32,000 bases of DNA from Clostridia bacterium. GTDB taxonomy: Bacteria; Bacillota; Clostridia; TANB77; CAG-508. Under the pieces are notes generated by a model. It saw nothing but the letters and a program-made list of their open reading frames with translations. It was not told the origin of the DNA and made no database searches. The position numbers were made by a program, and so were the translations under genes. The first letter of the stretch is position 1; each line of letters opens with the position of its first letter. Of this stretch, positions 8,594 through 16,927 are shown in pieces. The stretch spans positions 41,311-73,310 of the forward strand of contig JAAWJM010000005.1 in NCBI GenBank assembly GCA_022796855.1, given 5' to 3'.

Positions 8594-8612
8594 GGTTACA
8601 CATTGTGTAACC
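8594..8612. promoter_or_regulatory. perfect 9-1-9 palindrome GGTTACACA-T-TGTGTAACC, candidate operator
   Basis: Perfect inverted repeat 22 nt upstream of the ZIP permease start codon. The 1 nt spacer argues for a dimeric DNA-binding site rather than an RNA hairpin. Confidence 0.4.
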
Positions 8613-8633
8613 CTTATTAAATAGGAGGATGGT

Positions 8634-9377
8634 ATGCCATATTTACTAAAAACAACACTAATTGGGTTATTTTTTGGCACGTTTGGAACTACCATAGGAG
8701 GACTAATTGGAGTAGCCTTTAAAAACACATCAAATAAATTTTTAAGTTTCATTTTATCATTAGCATCTGGTCTTATGATTTCGATTGTATGTTTTGATTT
8801 AGTGCCAGAAGCATTAGAAATATCGGGAATTCCTCTTATTATTTTAGGCATTTTATTTGGTGTTGCAAGTATGATTGCTTGTGATATGTTCGTTCAAAAA
8901 AATTTTAACACTAATGTAAAACAAGCAAAAAGTCAAAACAGTTTATTAAAAACAGGAATTATTGTTAGTATTGGTTTAGCACTACATAATTTTCCAGAAG
9001 GGCTAGCAATTGGTTCTGGTTTTGGAGCCTCGATTCAACTTGGTTATTCTTTAGCACTTGCTATTTTGCTACATGATATACCAGAAGGCGTTTCTATGGC
9101 AGTTCCAATGAAAAACGGAGGAATGAAAATTTCAAAGGTCATTTTTTATGTTGTACTATCTGGAATTACTACAGGAATTGGAGCTTTTTTTGGAGCACTG
9201 ATTGGAACGATTTCAGAACAAGTAATTGCGATTTGCTTATCCTTTGCAGCAGGTGCTATGTTGTATATTGTATCTGGAGAATTGATTCCAGAATCTAGTA
9301 AATTGTATACAGGAAGAATGAATAGTATTGGTAACATATGTGGTTTTATATTAGGAATTTTTGCTACTATGGTGTAG
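8634..9377 (+). CDS. zupT: ZIP-family divalent metal (zinc) permease, ZupT-like
   Basis: 247 aa polytopic membrane protein with LHNFPEGLAIG and LHDIPEGVSMA motifs typical of ZIP/ZupT. RBS AGGAGG. Confidence 0.85.
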   Translation: MPYLLKTTLIGLFFGTFGTTIGGLIGVAFKNTSNKFLSFILSLASGLMISIVCFDLVPEALEISGIPLIILGILFGVASMIACDMFVQKNFNTNVKQAKSQNSLLKTGIIVSIGLALHNFPEGLAIGSGFGASIQLGYSLALAILLHDIPEGVSMAVPMKNGGMKISKVIFYVVLSGITTGIGAFFGALIGTISEQVIAICLSFAAGAMLYIVSGELIPESSKLYTGRMNSIGNICGFILGIFATMV

Positions 9378-9386
9378 CATAAGAAA

Positions 9387-9413
9387 TAAAAAAAGCAGAT
9401 TTCTGCTTTTTTT
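9387..9413. terminator. bidirectional rho-independent terminator
   Basis: AAAAAAAGCAG-attt-CTGCTTTTTTT lies between the convergent ZIP and spoIIR genes. Confidence 0.7.
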
Positions 9414-10080
9414 ATTTCTTTGCGGTTGTAATTTTTACATTTTGCAACCATTCAATTAGTTTAAATTTAAAATGAATCCCAGAATCTTCGTGATTTGAAA
9501 TAATAGCAAATTCTTCTTGTGACAAATCTTGTTTCATACTTTCTTTAGATTCTTCTGGAACAATTCCAGAACTTACATCAACAAAGCATAGGGGAGGAAA
9601 CATCACACACCACCAATTTTGTCCTTCAGACTTACCAATTTTAATGCGAAGAGCATCATAGTAGCCACTAGGTAGGGAAATATCTCCATAAGTTTTGGTT
9701 GGGAATGAAAAATTTCCAATTTGCACGTCTACTGGATAATCATATCCATTTTCCAAAATAGCAGTTCTTGCAATCTGTTTAAAATCGTCTAAATGGGAAG
9801 TGGCAATTTGTATGGCTTCATCTTTATTTTTCGCATTAGCACCAACTTCATTCATATACATAAGCACTTTATCACGAACTTTTAATTTTAAATCTTGATC
9901 TTCTTTTTCATCACTATTGGCAATCACATGCAAACGTAAAACACTTTCCGAAATATCTTTTGATACTGCATTTACATAGGAAAAAGCATTTACGACAATA
10001 TATAAAAATAGTAAAAACAATAATAAAATTGTCGATTTGATTTTTGGAGATATCTCCATTTTTTTCATCCATTTCATCAT
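9412..10080 (-). CDS. spoIIR: stage II sporulation protein R
   Basis: MMKWMKKMEISPKIKS.. signal/TM, then SVLRLHVIANSDEKEDQDLKLKVRDKVL and GQNWWCVMFPPLCF, characteristic of SpoIIR. RBS AAGGAGG precedes ATG 10080/10077. The upstream 95 codons of the long ORF are read-through of AT-rich DNA. Confidence 0.85.
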   Translation of the reverse strand: MMKWMKKMEISPKIKSTILLLFLLFLYIVVNAFSYVNAVSKDISESVLRLHVIANSDEKEDQDLKLKVRDKVLMYMNEVGANAKNKDEAIQIATSHLDDFKQIARTAILENGYDYPVDVQIGNFSFPTKTYGDISLPSGYYDALRIKIGKSEGQNWWCVMFPPLCFVDVSSGIVPEESKESMKQDLSQEEFAIISNHEDSGIHFKFKLIEWLQNVKITTAKK

Positions 10081-10305
10081 ATGTCCTCCTTTATACAAAC
10101 ATAACGTAATTTGTAAAAAATTCTCTTTAAAAAAAGTATTAACCAAAATGAAAAAAATATACATAAACATGAAAAAAAGGTTAAATGCAATGTCGGAAAA
10201 TGGAAGAAATTTTTTTGTATTTATTATGAAATATAATTGACATATTTTTGTAATAATGGTAAAATTTACCAGTAAGCAAAAATAGAGAAAAGGTAGGGAA
10301 AACAA

Positions 10306-10911
10306 ATGAAAGACAAGGAAATTGAAATTCAAAAAGTATGTGGATTCTATGTGAATGATTGGCATTTTACCACAATGATACTACCATATGTCAGAAAAGA
10401 AATCGAAGGAAATAAAAAAGTAATTACTTTTTTCCAAGAGAGTATGAAAGCAAAAGTAGAAGAAATTTTATCGAAAATGAATTTAAACAAAACCTTTGAA
10501 AAAAAGATTTTAGAAATTAATTGGAAACAAATAAAACAAGAAGAAATCGAACAAACATTAAAGTTAGAAAAAGAAAATATGCAAATGATTAATATAGTAG
10601 AAAATGAAGATAGTGAAACAGGAAAAGAAAATATGAACATGACAAATAGATTAAAAGAAGAAATAAAAGAAAACAGACAAATGGCGGATATACTAGTAAA
10701 AGGAGATAATGAATTTATAGAAACAATAAATGAAAAAATAGAAACAGCAATGAAAGAATTAGGAGAAAGAATCCAAATAACTATTATCAATTTTTACGAC
10801 CTTTCCCAAAACAATGAAATAAATCAAATTACCAAACAACACGAATACGTAATGAACACCGCAGGAATGCAAAAAATTGAAAAAGAAACAAAACAGAAAA
10901 AAGAGGCGTAA
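10306..10911 (+). CDS. hypothetical protein, Glu/Lys/Asn-rich middle; the termini faintly resemble a MEDS-type domain
   Basis: 201 aa ORF divergent from spoIIR. N-terminus VCGFYVNDWHFTTMILPYVRKEIEGNKKVITFFQ, C-terminus ITIINFYDL..QHEYVMNTAG. The assignment is weak. Confidence 0.5.
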   Translation: MKDKEIEIQKVCGFYVNDWHFTTMILPYVRKEIEGNKKVITFFQESMKAKVEEILSKMNLNKTFEKKILEINWKQIKQEEIEQTLKLEKENMQMINIVENEDSETGKENMNMTNRLKEEIKENRQMADILVKGDNEFIETINEKIETAMKELGERIQITIINFYDLSQNNEINQITKQHEYVMNTAGMQKIEKETKQKKEA

Positions 10912-10930
10912 AAAACTTTTAACTCAAATT

Positions 10931-11010
10931 TACTTAACCGTACGAAGCGCCTACAAGAAAGCCCCTTTAACAAGGGGGGCACGAAAGAGCGTGACTGGGG
11001 GTTCTTAAAA
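10931..11010 (+). repeat. single copy of the ~75 bp repeat unit seen inverted at 4661-4868
   Basis: ..ACGAAGCGCCTACAAGAAAGCCCCTTTAACAAGGGGGGCACGAAAGAGCGTGACTGGGGGTTCTTAAAA matches 4791-4868. Confidence 0.8.
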
Positions 11011-11130
11011 ATCTGCCTTTTAAATTGTTATTACACGACTTAAAAATCCTTTATATATGTCTTGACGAAACCTATAATATGGTATAAGATAAAGACAATT
11101 GAATAATATATAAAAAGGAAGTAAGTCGAT

Positions 11131-12384
11131 ATGGATAAAAAATACGAAAAAGCAAAAGAAAAATTGAAACAGTATAAGCAAGAACACTTACTAATTTGGT
11201 ATGATAAACTAATCGAACAAAAAAGAGAAGAGCTATTAAATCAAATTTTAAAAATTGATTTTGAACAAATAGAAGAGTTGTATAAACAGACGAAGCGTAA
11301 ACAAGATTTTAAAGATTCTGCCATTGAACCAATATCTTATATGGATAAAGAAAAATTATCCAAAGAAGAAAGAACTGCCTATGAAGAAGACGGGATTCGA
11401 GTTATCAAAGAAGGAAAATATGCAGTTGTAACAATGGCAGGAGGACAAGGAACAAGACTAGGACATAATGGACCAAAAGGAACCTTTGAACTAGAAGTAG
11501 GAGAGAAGGCACCCATTCCGCTATTTACTATTTTGGCACAAACCATTTTAAAAGCAAGAAAAAAATACAATGCAGTTATTCCATGGTATATTATGACCAG
11601 TAAAGAAAACAACTATAAAACTACGAATTTTTTCGAAAGACATAACTATTTTGGCATGGGACAAGAAAATGTAACCTTTTTTATACAAAACGAATTACCA
11701 ATGGTGGATGTAAAAGGAAAAATTCTAGTAGATGAAAAAGGACTTGTAAAATTGGCAGCTGATGGGCATGGTGGAATTTTTGAAGCTATGCGAAATGATG
11801 GTGTGATAGCTGACATGAAAAGAAGAGGAATTGAATGGGTATTTATTGCAGGTGTTGATAATGTGCTTGCAAAAATGGTAGACCCAGTTTTAACAGGAAT
11901 GGCAATTAAAAATAAATGTTTCGCAGCTGGAAAATCCGTTGTGAAAAACAACCCAAAAGAACGTGTTGGTGTATTTTGTAAAAAAGATAACAGACCAAGT
12001 GTTATTGAATATACAGAAATAACCGATGAGATGGCAGAAGCGACCGATGAAGCGGGAGAATTGTTATATGGTGAATCACATATTTTATGCAATTTATTCC
12101 ATATAAAAGCAATTCATGAAATTGCGAAAAATAAATTACCATATCATAGTGCCTTCAAAAAAGCAAAATATATTGATAAAAATGGTGTAATTGTGGTACC
12201 AGAAGTACCAAATGCCTATAAATTTGAATCTTTCCTTTTTGATGCATTTGAAAAGCTAGATAATATGGCGATTATGAGAGTAAAAAGAGAAGAGGAATTT
12301 GCACCAGTAAAAAATGCCGAAGGAGTAGACAGCCCAGAAACGGCATCGAAATTATATATGGATTTTATGAAACATCATAAATAA
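11131..12384 (+). CDS. UDPGP-family (UAP/AGX-type) UDP-sugar / UDP-N-acetylhexosamine pyrophosphorylase
   Basis: 417 aa. Has the MAGGQGTRLGHNGPKGTF nucleotide-binding signature of the eukaryotic-type UDP-sugar pyrophosphorylase family. Confidence 0.8.
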   Translation: MDKKYEKAKEKLKQYKQEHLLIWYDKLIEQKREELLNQILKIDFEQIEELYKQTKRKQDFKDSAIEPISYMDKEKLSKEERTAYEEDGIRVIKEGKYAVVTMAGGQGTRLGHNGPKGTFELEVGEKAPIPLFTILAQTILKARKKYNAVIPWYIMTSKENNYKTTNFFERHNYFGMGQENVTFFIQNELPMVDVKGKILVDEKGLVKLAADGHGGIFEAMRNDGVIADMKRRGIEWVFIAGVDNVLAKMVDPVLTGMAIKNKCFAAGKSVVKNNPKERVGVFCKKDNRPSVIEYTEITDEMAEATDEAGELLYGESHILCNLFHIKAIHEIAKNKLPYHSAFKKAKYIDKNGVIVVPEVPNAYKFESFLFDAFEKLDNMAIMRVKREEEFAPVKNAEGVDSPETASKLYMDFMKHHK

Positions 12385-12386
12385 AC

Positions 12387-12425
12387 GTAGGGGTCGATGC
12401 CCACATCGACCCGTTTTGTGTTTTT
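12387..12425 (+). terminator. terminator built from a GTAGGGG-family hairpin
   Basis: GTAGGGGTCGATG-cccac-ATCGACCC (perfect 8 bp stem) followed by GTTTTGTGTTTTTT. Confidence 0.7.
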
Positions 12426-12449
12426 TAGAAAATAAAGGAGGTATAAAAC

Positions 12450-14180
12450 ATGGATTACAAGCAAATTTACGAAGATTGGTGTCATAACCCATTATTTGAT
12501 GAAGAAACCAAGAGGGAATTAGCAAGTATCAAAGATAACGAAGAAGAAATTAAAGACCGTTTTTACAAAAATTTAGAATTTGGAACAGGAGGATTACGTG
12601 GTGTTATTGGGAATGGAACAAACCGTATGAACCAATATACTGTAAGCAAGGCAACACAAGGACTTGCTAATTACATTATTGAACAAGGAAAACAGCAAAA
12701 GGGAGTTGCCATTAGTTACGATTCTAGAAACATGTCTAAAGAATTTAGTGAGAAAACAGCACTAACCCTAAATGCAAATGGAATTAAAACATATGTATTT
12801 GAGAGCTTAAGACCAGTACCAGAATTATCATTTGCGGTTCGCAAATTAGGATGTACAGCAGGAATTATGATTACAGCAAGCCACAATCCACCAAAATACA
12901 ATGGTTATAAAGTATATTGGGATGATGGTGCACAAATAGTAGCCCCAGTAGATAAAGAAATCATTGGAAAAGTAAACAAAATTACGGATTTTGGAATGGT
13001 AAAATCCATGAAAATGGAAGAGGCAGTAAAACAAGGGTTATATCATGAAATGGGAAAAGAAATCGATGACGCTTATATGGAAGAATTAAAAAAGCAATGC
13101 TTATATCCAGATATCATTAAAGAAGTGGAAAAAGACATTAAGATTGTTTACACCCCATTACATGGAACTGGAAATATCCCTGTTACTAGAATATTAAAAG
13201 AATTAGGATTTACCAATGTGTATGTAGTGCCAGAACAAGAAAAGCCAGATGGAAACTTTCCAACTGTAGATTATCCGAACCCAGAAGATGCAAAAGCCTT
13301 TACCTTAGCGTTAGCTTTAGCAAAAAAAGTAGATGCCGATGTAGTATTAGCTACCGATCCAGATGCGGACAGGCTTGGGGTATATGCCAAAGATTCTAAC
13401 ACGGGAGAATATATGCCATTTACTGGAAATATGTCTGGCATGTTAATTGCTGAATATCTATTAAGTGGAAGAAAAGAAAGAGGAATTCTTCCTCAAAATG
13501 GGGCATTTATTAAGACAATTGTATCTACTAATATGGCAGACGCTATCGCCAAAGAATATGACATGAAATTAATGGAAGTACTAACCGGTTTTAAATTTAT
13601 TGGAGAAAAAATAAGAGAATTTGAGAAAACAAAAGAATACACCTATCAATTTGGTTTTGAAGAAAGCTATGGTTGTCTAGTAGGAACTCATGCAAGAGAT
13701 AAAGATGGAATTGCTGCTGTGATGGTACTTTGTGAAGCCACTGCCTTTTATAAAAAGCAAGGCTTAACTCTATGGGATCAAATGATTCGCCTATATGAAA
13801 AATATGGATATTACAAAGAAGGAATTAGTACCATTACCATGGAAGGGGCAAAAGGAGCTACTCAAATACAAGAAATGATGGAGCATTTAAGACAAAACCC
13901 ACCACAAGCTTTTGGAAATTATCGTGTATTAGAAATAAGAGATTATCAATTAAGAAAGGCAAAAAATGTACAAACTGGTGAAATCTCTGAAATAACGCTA
14001 CCAACTTCGAATGTATTATATTATAAACTTGAAAACAATAGTTGGTGTTGTGCAAGACCATCTGGAACCGAGCCAAAAATCAAATTCTATATGGGAATAA
14101 AAGAGGACTCCATGGAACAAGCCAATCATCAGTTAGAAGAATTAAAACAAGCTGTATTAGAAGTAGTAAATAAGAAATAA
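12450..14180 (+). CDS. phosphoglucomutase/phosphomannomutase-family phospho-sugar mutase (PgcA-like)
   Basis: 576 aa. Active-site loop TASHNPPKYNGYKVY, metal site DPDADR and sugar loop GFEESYG. Confidence 0.9.
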   Translation: MDYKQIYEDWCHNPLFDEETKRELASIKDNEEEIKDRFYKNLEFGTGGLRGVIGNGTNRMNQYTVSKATQGLANYIIEQGKQQKGVAISYDSRNMSKEFSEKTALTLNANGIKTYVFESLRPVPELSFAVRKLGCTAGIMITASHNPPKYNGYKVYWDDGAQIVAPVDKEIIGKVNKITDFGMVKSMKMEEAVKQGLYHEMGKEIDDAYMEELKKQCLYPDIIKEVEKDIKIVYTPLHGTGNIPVTRILKELGFTNVYVVPEQEKPDGNFPTVDYPNPEDAKAFTLALALAKKVDADVVLATDPDADRLGVYAKDSNTGEYMPFTGNMSGMLIAEYLLSGRKERGILPQNGAFIKTIVSTNMADAIAKEYDMKLMEVLTGFKFIGEKIREFEKTKEYTYQFGFEESYGCLVGTHARDKDGIAAVMVLCEATAFYKKQGLTLWDQMIRLYEKYGYYKEGISTITMEGAKGATQIQEMMEHLRQNPPQAFGNYRVLEIRDYQLRKAKNVQTGEISEITLPTSNVLYYKLENNSWCCARPSGTEPKIKFYMGIKEDSMEQANHQLEELKQAVLEVVNKK

Positions 14181-14188
14181 GAAAATAA

Positions 14189-14220
14189 GAAAACCGCCAT
14201 TACGAATAACGGCGGTTTTC
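14189..14220. terminator. bidirectional terminator
   Basis: AAAACCGCC...GGCGGTTTT stem between convergent genes. Confidence 0.65.
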
Positions 14221-14229
14221 TAACCCTCT

Positions 14230-14538
14230 TTAATACTTTTCTAAATAGGCTCCCAAAACTTTTAAACCAAGCCAAACTACTACGGAAAAGCCATAAGAGA
14301 TGAGTAAAATTCCTGCTACTACCAAAAGACTTATGGTGGTTTCCCAATTTTGAAATTTTGGTAAAAAACAAGAGAAACCTAAAAATGAAAAAAGCATCAT
14401 GAAGATAACAGACCATTTTTCACTTTTTACCATCCGACATATCCGCTCAATGGTATGTAATATTTTCTTTTTGCAAATGCATATTTTAATGATTACGACT
14501 TGGCAGATGCCTTCAATAGAATGTAACAACTTTTTCAT
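14230..14538 (-). CDS. small hypothetical protein: Cys-rich N-terminal part plus a two-TM C-terminal part; may instead be a leader ORF plus a 67 aa membrane protein
   Basis: 102 aa ORF from ATG 14538 with an AAGGAGG upstream. Two in-frame CGG codons (14445-14443 and 14436-14434). An internal ATG at 14433 precedes the hydrophobic part. Confidence 0.35.
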   Translation of the reverse strand: MKKLLHSIEGICQVVIIKICICKKKILHTIERICRMVKSEKWSVIFMMLFSFLGFSCFLPKFQNWETTISLLVVAGILLISYGFSVVVWLGLKVLGAYLEKY

Positions 14539-14689
14539 GATATACATTTCCTCCTTTAAGTATATTACTAATGCAAAAAAAGTAATTCTATTATACATGA
14601 ATTTTACGCTATTTTCAAGTACAAACGGCATAATTTCATTATTACAACTGACATTTTCTATATTAGAGCTTTACCAATCTATTTTAAAC

Positions 14690-15406
14690 TTATCCATTAA
14701 TTTCCCATCCCTTTATATGACTTCTCATAATAGCACCATATAAATTAGCACGAACATGGGGAATATCTACTTGTAAGTCTTTTATCATTTGTTTCATATC
14801 TTCTCTTTTAGAAACCCCATCCATTGGACAGTTTTTAGGCATGATAGCAATGGCTTGCTTTTTAATAAATCTTCGAATTTCCTTTTCGGGTGTATAAATA
14901 AGAGGACGAATAAGAGTCATTTTAGAGCGGTCCATATAGCTAATCGGAGCAAACGTAGAAATACTTCCTGTGTAAAATAAATTTAGTAAAAAGGTTTCTA
15001 AAACATCATCTTCATTATGTCCAAGAGCAATTTTGTTACAACCTTCACGAAGGGCGGTTGTGTTTAAAATACCGCGACGAAGGTTAGCACATAAGGAACA
15101 AGGATTTTTTTCTTTTCGTATATCAAAAACAATTTCTTTAATGTGGCTTTCTTCGATAAAAAGAGGAACATCTAGGTTCGCACAAATTTTTTCTAAAATA
15201 GAAGAGTCAAAAAACTCAAAACCAGGATTTACACTAATGGCAATTAAATCAAAATTTTTAGGATAAAAACGTTGTAATGCCTTTAGCGAAGAAAGCAAAG
15301 TAATGGAATCTTTTCCGCCAGACAATCCAACTGCAATTTTATCTCCTTCTTCAATCATATGAAAATCTTCAATTGCTTTTCGCAAATAACTTAATATTTT
15401 TTGCAT
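14690..15406 (-). CDS. TtcA-like PP-loop ATPase (tRNA 2-thiocytidine biosynthesis family)
   Basis: 239 aa from ATG 15406 (RBS AAGGAGAG). PP-loop VGLSGGKDS and Cys motifs NPCSLCANLRRG and KNCPMDG. Confidence 0.8.
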   Translation of the reverse strand: MQKILSYLRKAIEDFHMIEEGDKIAVGLSGGKDSITLLSSLKALQRFYPKNFDLIAISVNPGFEFFDSSILEKICANLDVPLFIEESHIKEIVFDIRKEKNPCSLCANLRRGILNTTALREGCNKIALGHNEDDVLETFLLNLFYTGSISTFAPISYMDRSKMTLIRPLIYTPEKEIRRFIKKQAIAIMPKNCPMDGVSKREDMKQMIKDLQVDIPHVRANLYGAIMRSHIKGWEING

Positions 15407-15447
15407 GTTCACTCTCCTTACTAAATAAAACCATGATACCAACAAAA

Positions 15448-15678
15448 TCAATCTGCTTTTAACATATTTAAATCTTCTTCATTAATCTCATCAAGCCCTT
15501 CAACAGCTATAAGATTATCATTTAATAATTCCGAAATTTCACTTTTATTTAAAACTTTATCATAGTGATAAATGCCATTTACCCAATCACGCCTAGCACT
15601 ATAAATTTGGTCTAAATTGTTCGCACATCGAACATCACAATGATAAAGATTATTTTCATATACTTTAGGTTCTCGCAT
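15448..15678 (-). CDS. hypothetical small protein
   Basis: 76 aa ORF with RBS AAAGAGGGA. Its stop overlaps the ORF-track extension of the next gene. No family recognised. Confidence 0.5.
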   Translation of the reverse strand: MREPKVYENNLYHCDVRCANNLDQIYSARRDWVNGIYHYDKVLNKSEISELLNDNLIAVEGLDEINEEDLNMLKAD

Positions 15679-15804
15679 AAAATCCCTCTTTCATTTTTGA
15701 TAATCATATAATAAAGATAAGAAAAAAGCAAGCCCATAACGTTCAAAAAGAAATGAGCTTGCCCATATATTAGCATTGATTGCTATTAACATTCTAATTA
15801 TTAT

Positions 15805-15957
15805 TTAATCTTTGAAAATATTTAAACGATCTTCAATAAAATCGAGAACAGGGACTACTTTTTTATTATCTGCTTGAAGATAAAAGAAAGTAGAACCTTC
15901 TGAAGTTTTGCATACCTTTATATGAATACCTCCGATAATTTTACCTTTAATAGGCAT
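15805..15957 (-). CDS. hypothetical 50 aa protein (below the ORF-track size cut-off)
   Basis: ATG 15957 is preceded by AAGGGGGGTG and the ORF is followed by a GCAAGC...GCTTGC-TTTTTT terminator near 15731-15765. MPIKGKIIGGIHIKVCKTSEGSTFFYLQADNKKVVPVLDFIEDRLNIFKD. Confidence 0.35.
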   Translation of the reverse strand: MPIKGKIIGGIHIKVCKTSEGSTFFYLQADNKKVVPVLDFIEDRLNIFKD

Positions 15958-16162
15958 AAAAACACACCCCCCTTTGTCTTATGTTTTTTGTAAGTCCTTA
16001 CAAGTATCATATGATGCCATAAAAAGTGTCGGAAATTGTAAGAAAGGAAGAAAATGGAATTTGAGGTATGAAAAGAGAAATATTGTTAAGAAGTATTGAT
16101 TAATATGTATAAATATTATAAAATAGTTAGTGTTAATACAAAAAAGAACACAGGTGGAAAAC

Positions 16163-16238
16163 GTGCCTATAGCTTAGCAGGATAGAGCAGTTGCCTCCTA
16201 AGCAACCGATGGCGGTTCGAGTCCGTCTAGGCACACCA
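16163..16238 (+). tRNA. tRNA-Arg (anticodon CCT, reads AGG)
   Basis: Cloverleaf folded by hand: acceptor GTGCCTA/TAGGCAC, anticodon stem GTTGC/GCAAC, loop CT-CCT-AA, T-loop TTCGAGT, encoded CCA. Confidence 0.9.
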
Positions 16239-16284
16239 TATAAAACTTGTAACAAGGCTTGTGTTTTAGTAGGAGTTAGGGGAT

Positions 16285-16758
16285 ATGGAGCAAAATAAAG
16301 CACAAGAAATCTTCATGAAAGAAGCACTAAAAGAAGCAAAAAAGGCATACGACAAATTGGAAGTACCAGTAGGAGCCGTTATTGTAAAAGATGGCAAAGT
16401 AATTGCAAGAGCACATAATGTAAAAGAAAAAAAGAAAGATACAACCAAACATGCAGAAATAATAGCAATTAGTAAAGCTAGTAAAAAGCTAGAAAGTTGG
16501 CGATTAATGGATTGTGAGATGTATGTAACATTAGAACCATGCTCGATGTGTGCAGGGGCATTAATCAATGCAAGAATCAAAAAAGTATATATTGGTACAA
16601 TGGACGAAAAAACAGGAGCGTGTGGTTCGGTTTTTAACTTACTAAAAGACTATACGTTTAATCATACAGTAGAAATAGAAACAGGAATCTTACAAGAAGA
16701 TTGTGAAAGTATGCTTAAAAATTTCTTTCGAGAACTACGAAAGAGCAAGAAAAAATAA
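16285..16758 (+). CDS. tadA: tRNA-specific adenosine-34 deaminase
   Basis: 157 aa. Cytidine/deoxycytidylate deaminase zinc motifs HAEIIAI and PCSMCAGAL, typical TadA length. Confidence 0.92.
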   Translation: MEQNKAQEIFMKEALKEAKKAYDKLEVPVGAVIVKDGKVIARAHNVKEKKKDTTKHAEIIAISKASKKLESWRLMDCEMYVTLEPCSMCAGALINARIKKVYIGTMDEKTGACGSVFNLLKDYTFNHTVEIETGILQEDCESMLKNFFRELRKSKKK

Positions 16759-16764
16759 AAATAT

Positions 16765-16855
16765 GGAGAGGTGTCTGAGTGGTTTAAGGTGTATGTCTCG
16801 AAAACATATGTAGGGTGATACCCTACCGTGGGTTCAAATCCCACCCTCTCCGCCA
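16765..16855 (+). tRNA. tRNA-Ser (anticodon CGA, reads UCG)
   Basis: Class II tRNA with a long variable arm. Anticodon stem TATGT/ACATA, loop CT-CGA-AA, T-loop TTCAAAT, acceptor GGAGAGG/CCTCTCC, encoded CCA. Confidence 0.9.
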
Positions 16856-16927
16856 CAAAACAAAGGAAGACTAGGCATGTGCTTAGTCTTTCCTACCAAA
16901 CGATAGAAACATACAAAGGAGAAATAG

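Noticed and set aside
10081-10365. N-terminal 95-codon extension of the spoIIR ORF (ORF track 9412..10365)
   Set aside because: The extension is low-complexity read-through of the AT-rich divergent promoter region. A strong AAGGAGG RBS precedes the internal MMKWMKK start, which gives a normal SpoIIR signal peptide.
14399-14743. 114 aa plus-strand ORF
   Set aside because: It lies antisense to the small minus-strand ORF and overlaps the 3' end of the TtcA-like gene. It has no RBS and a low-complexity composition.
16662-16856. ORF overlapping tRNA-Ser. ORFs 21733-21954 and 21794-22033 similarly overlap tRNA-Pro and tRNA-Arg
   Set aside because: These are translations of tRNA genes and promoters, not coding sequence.
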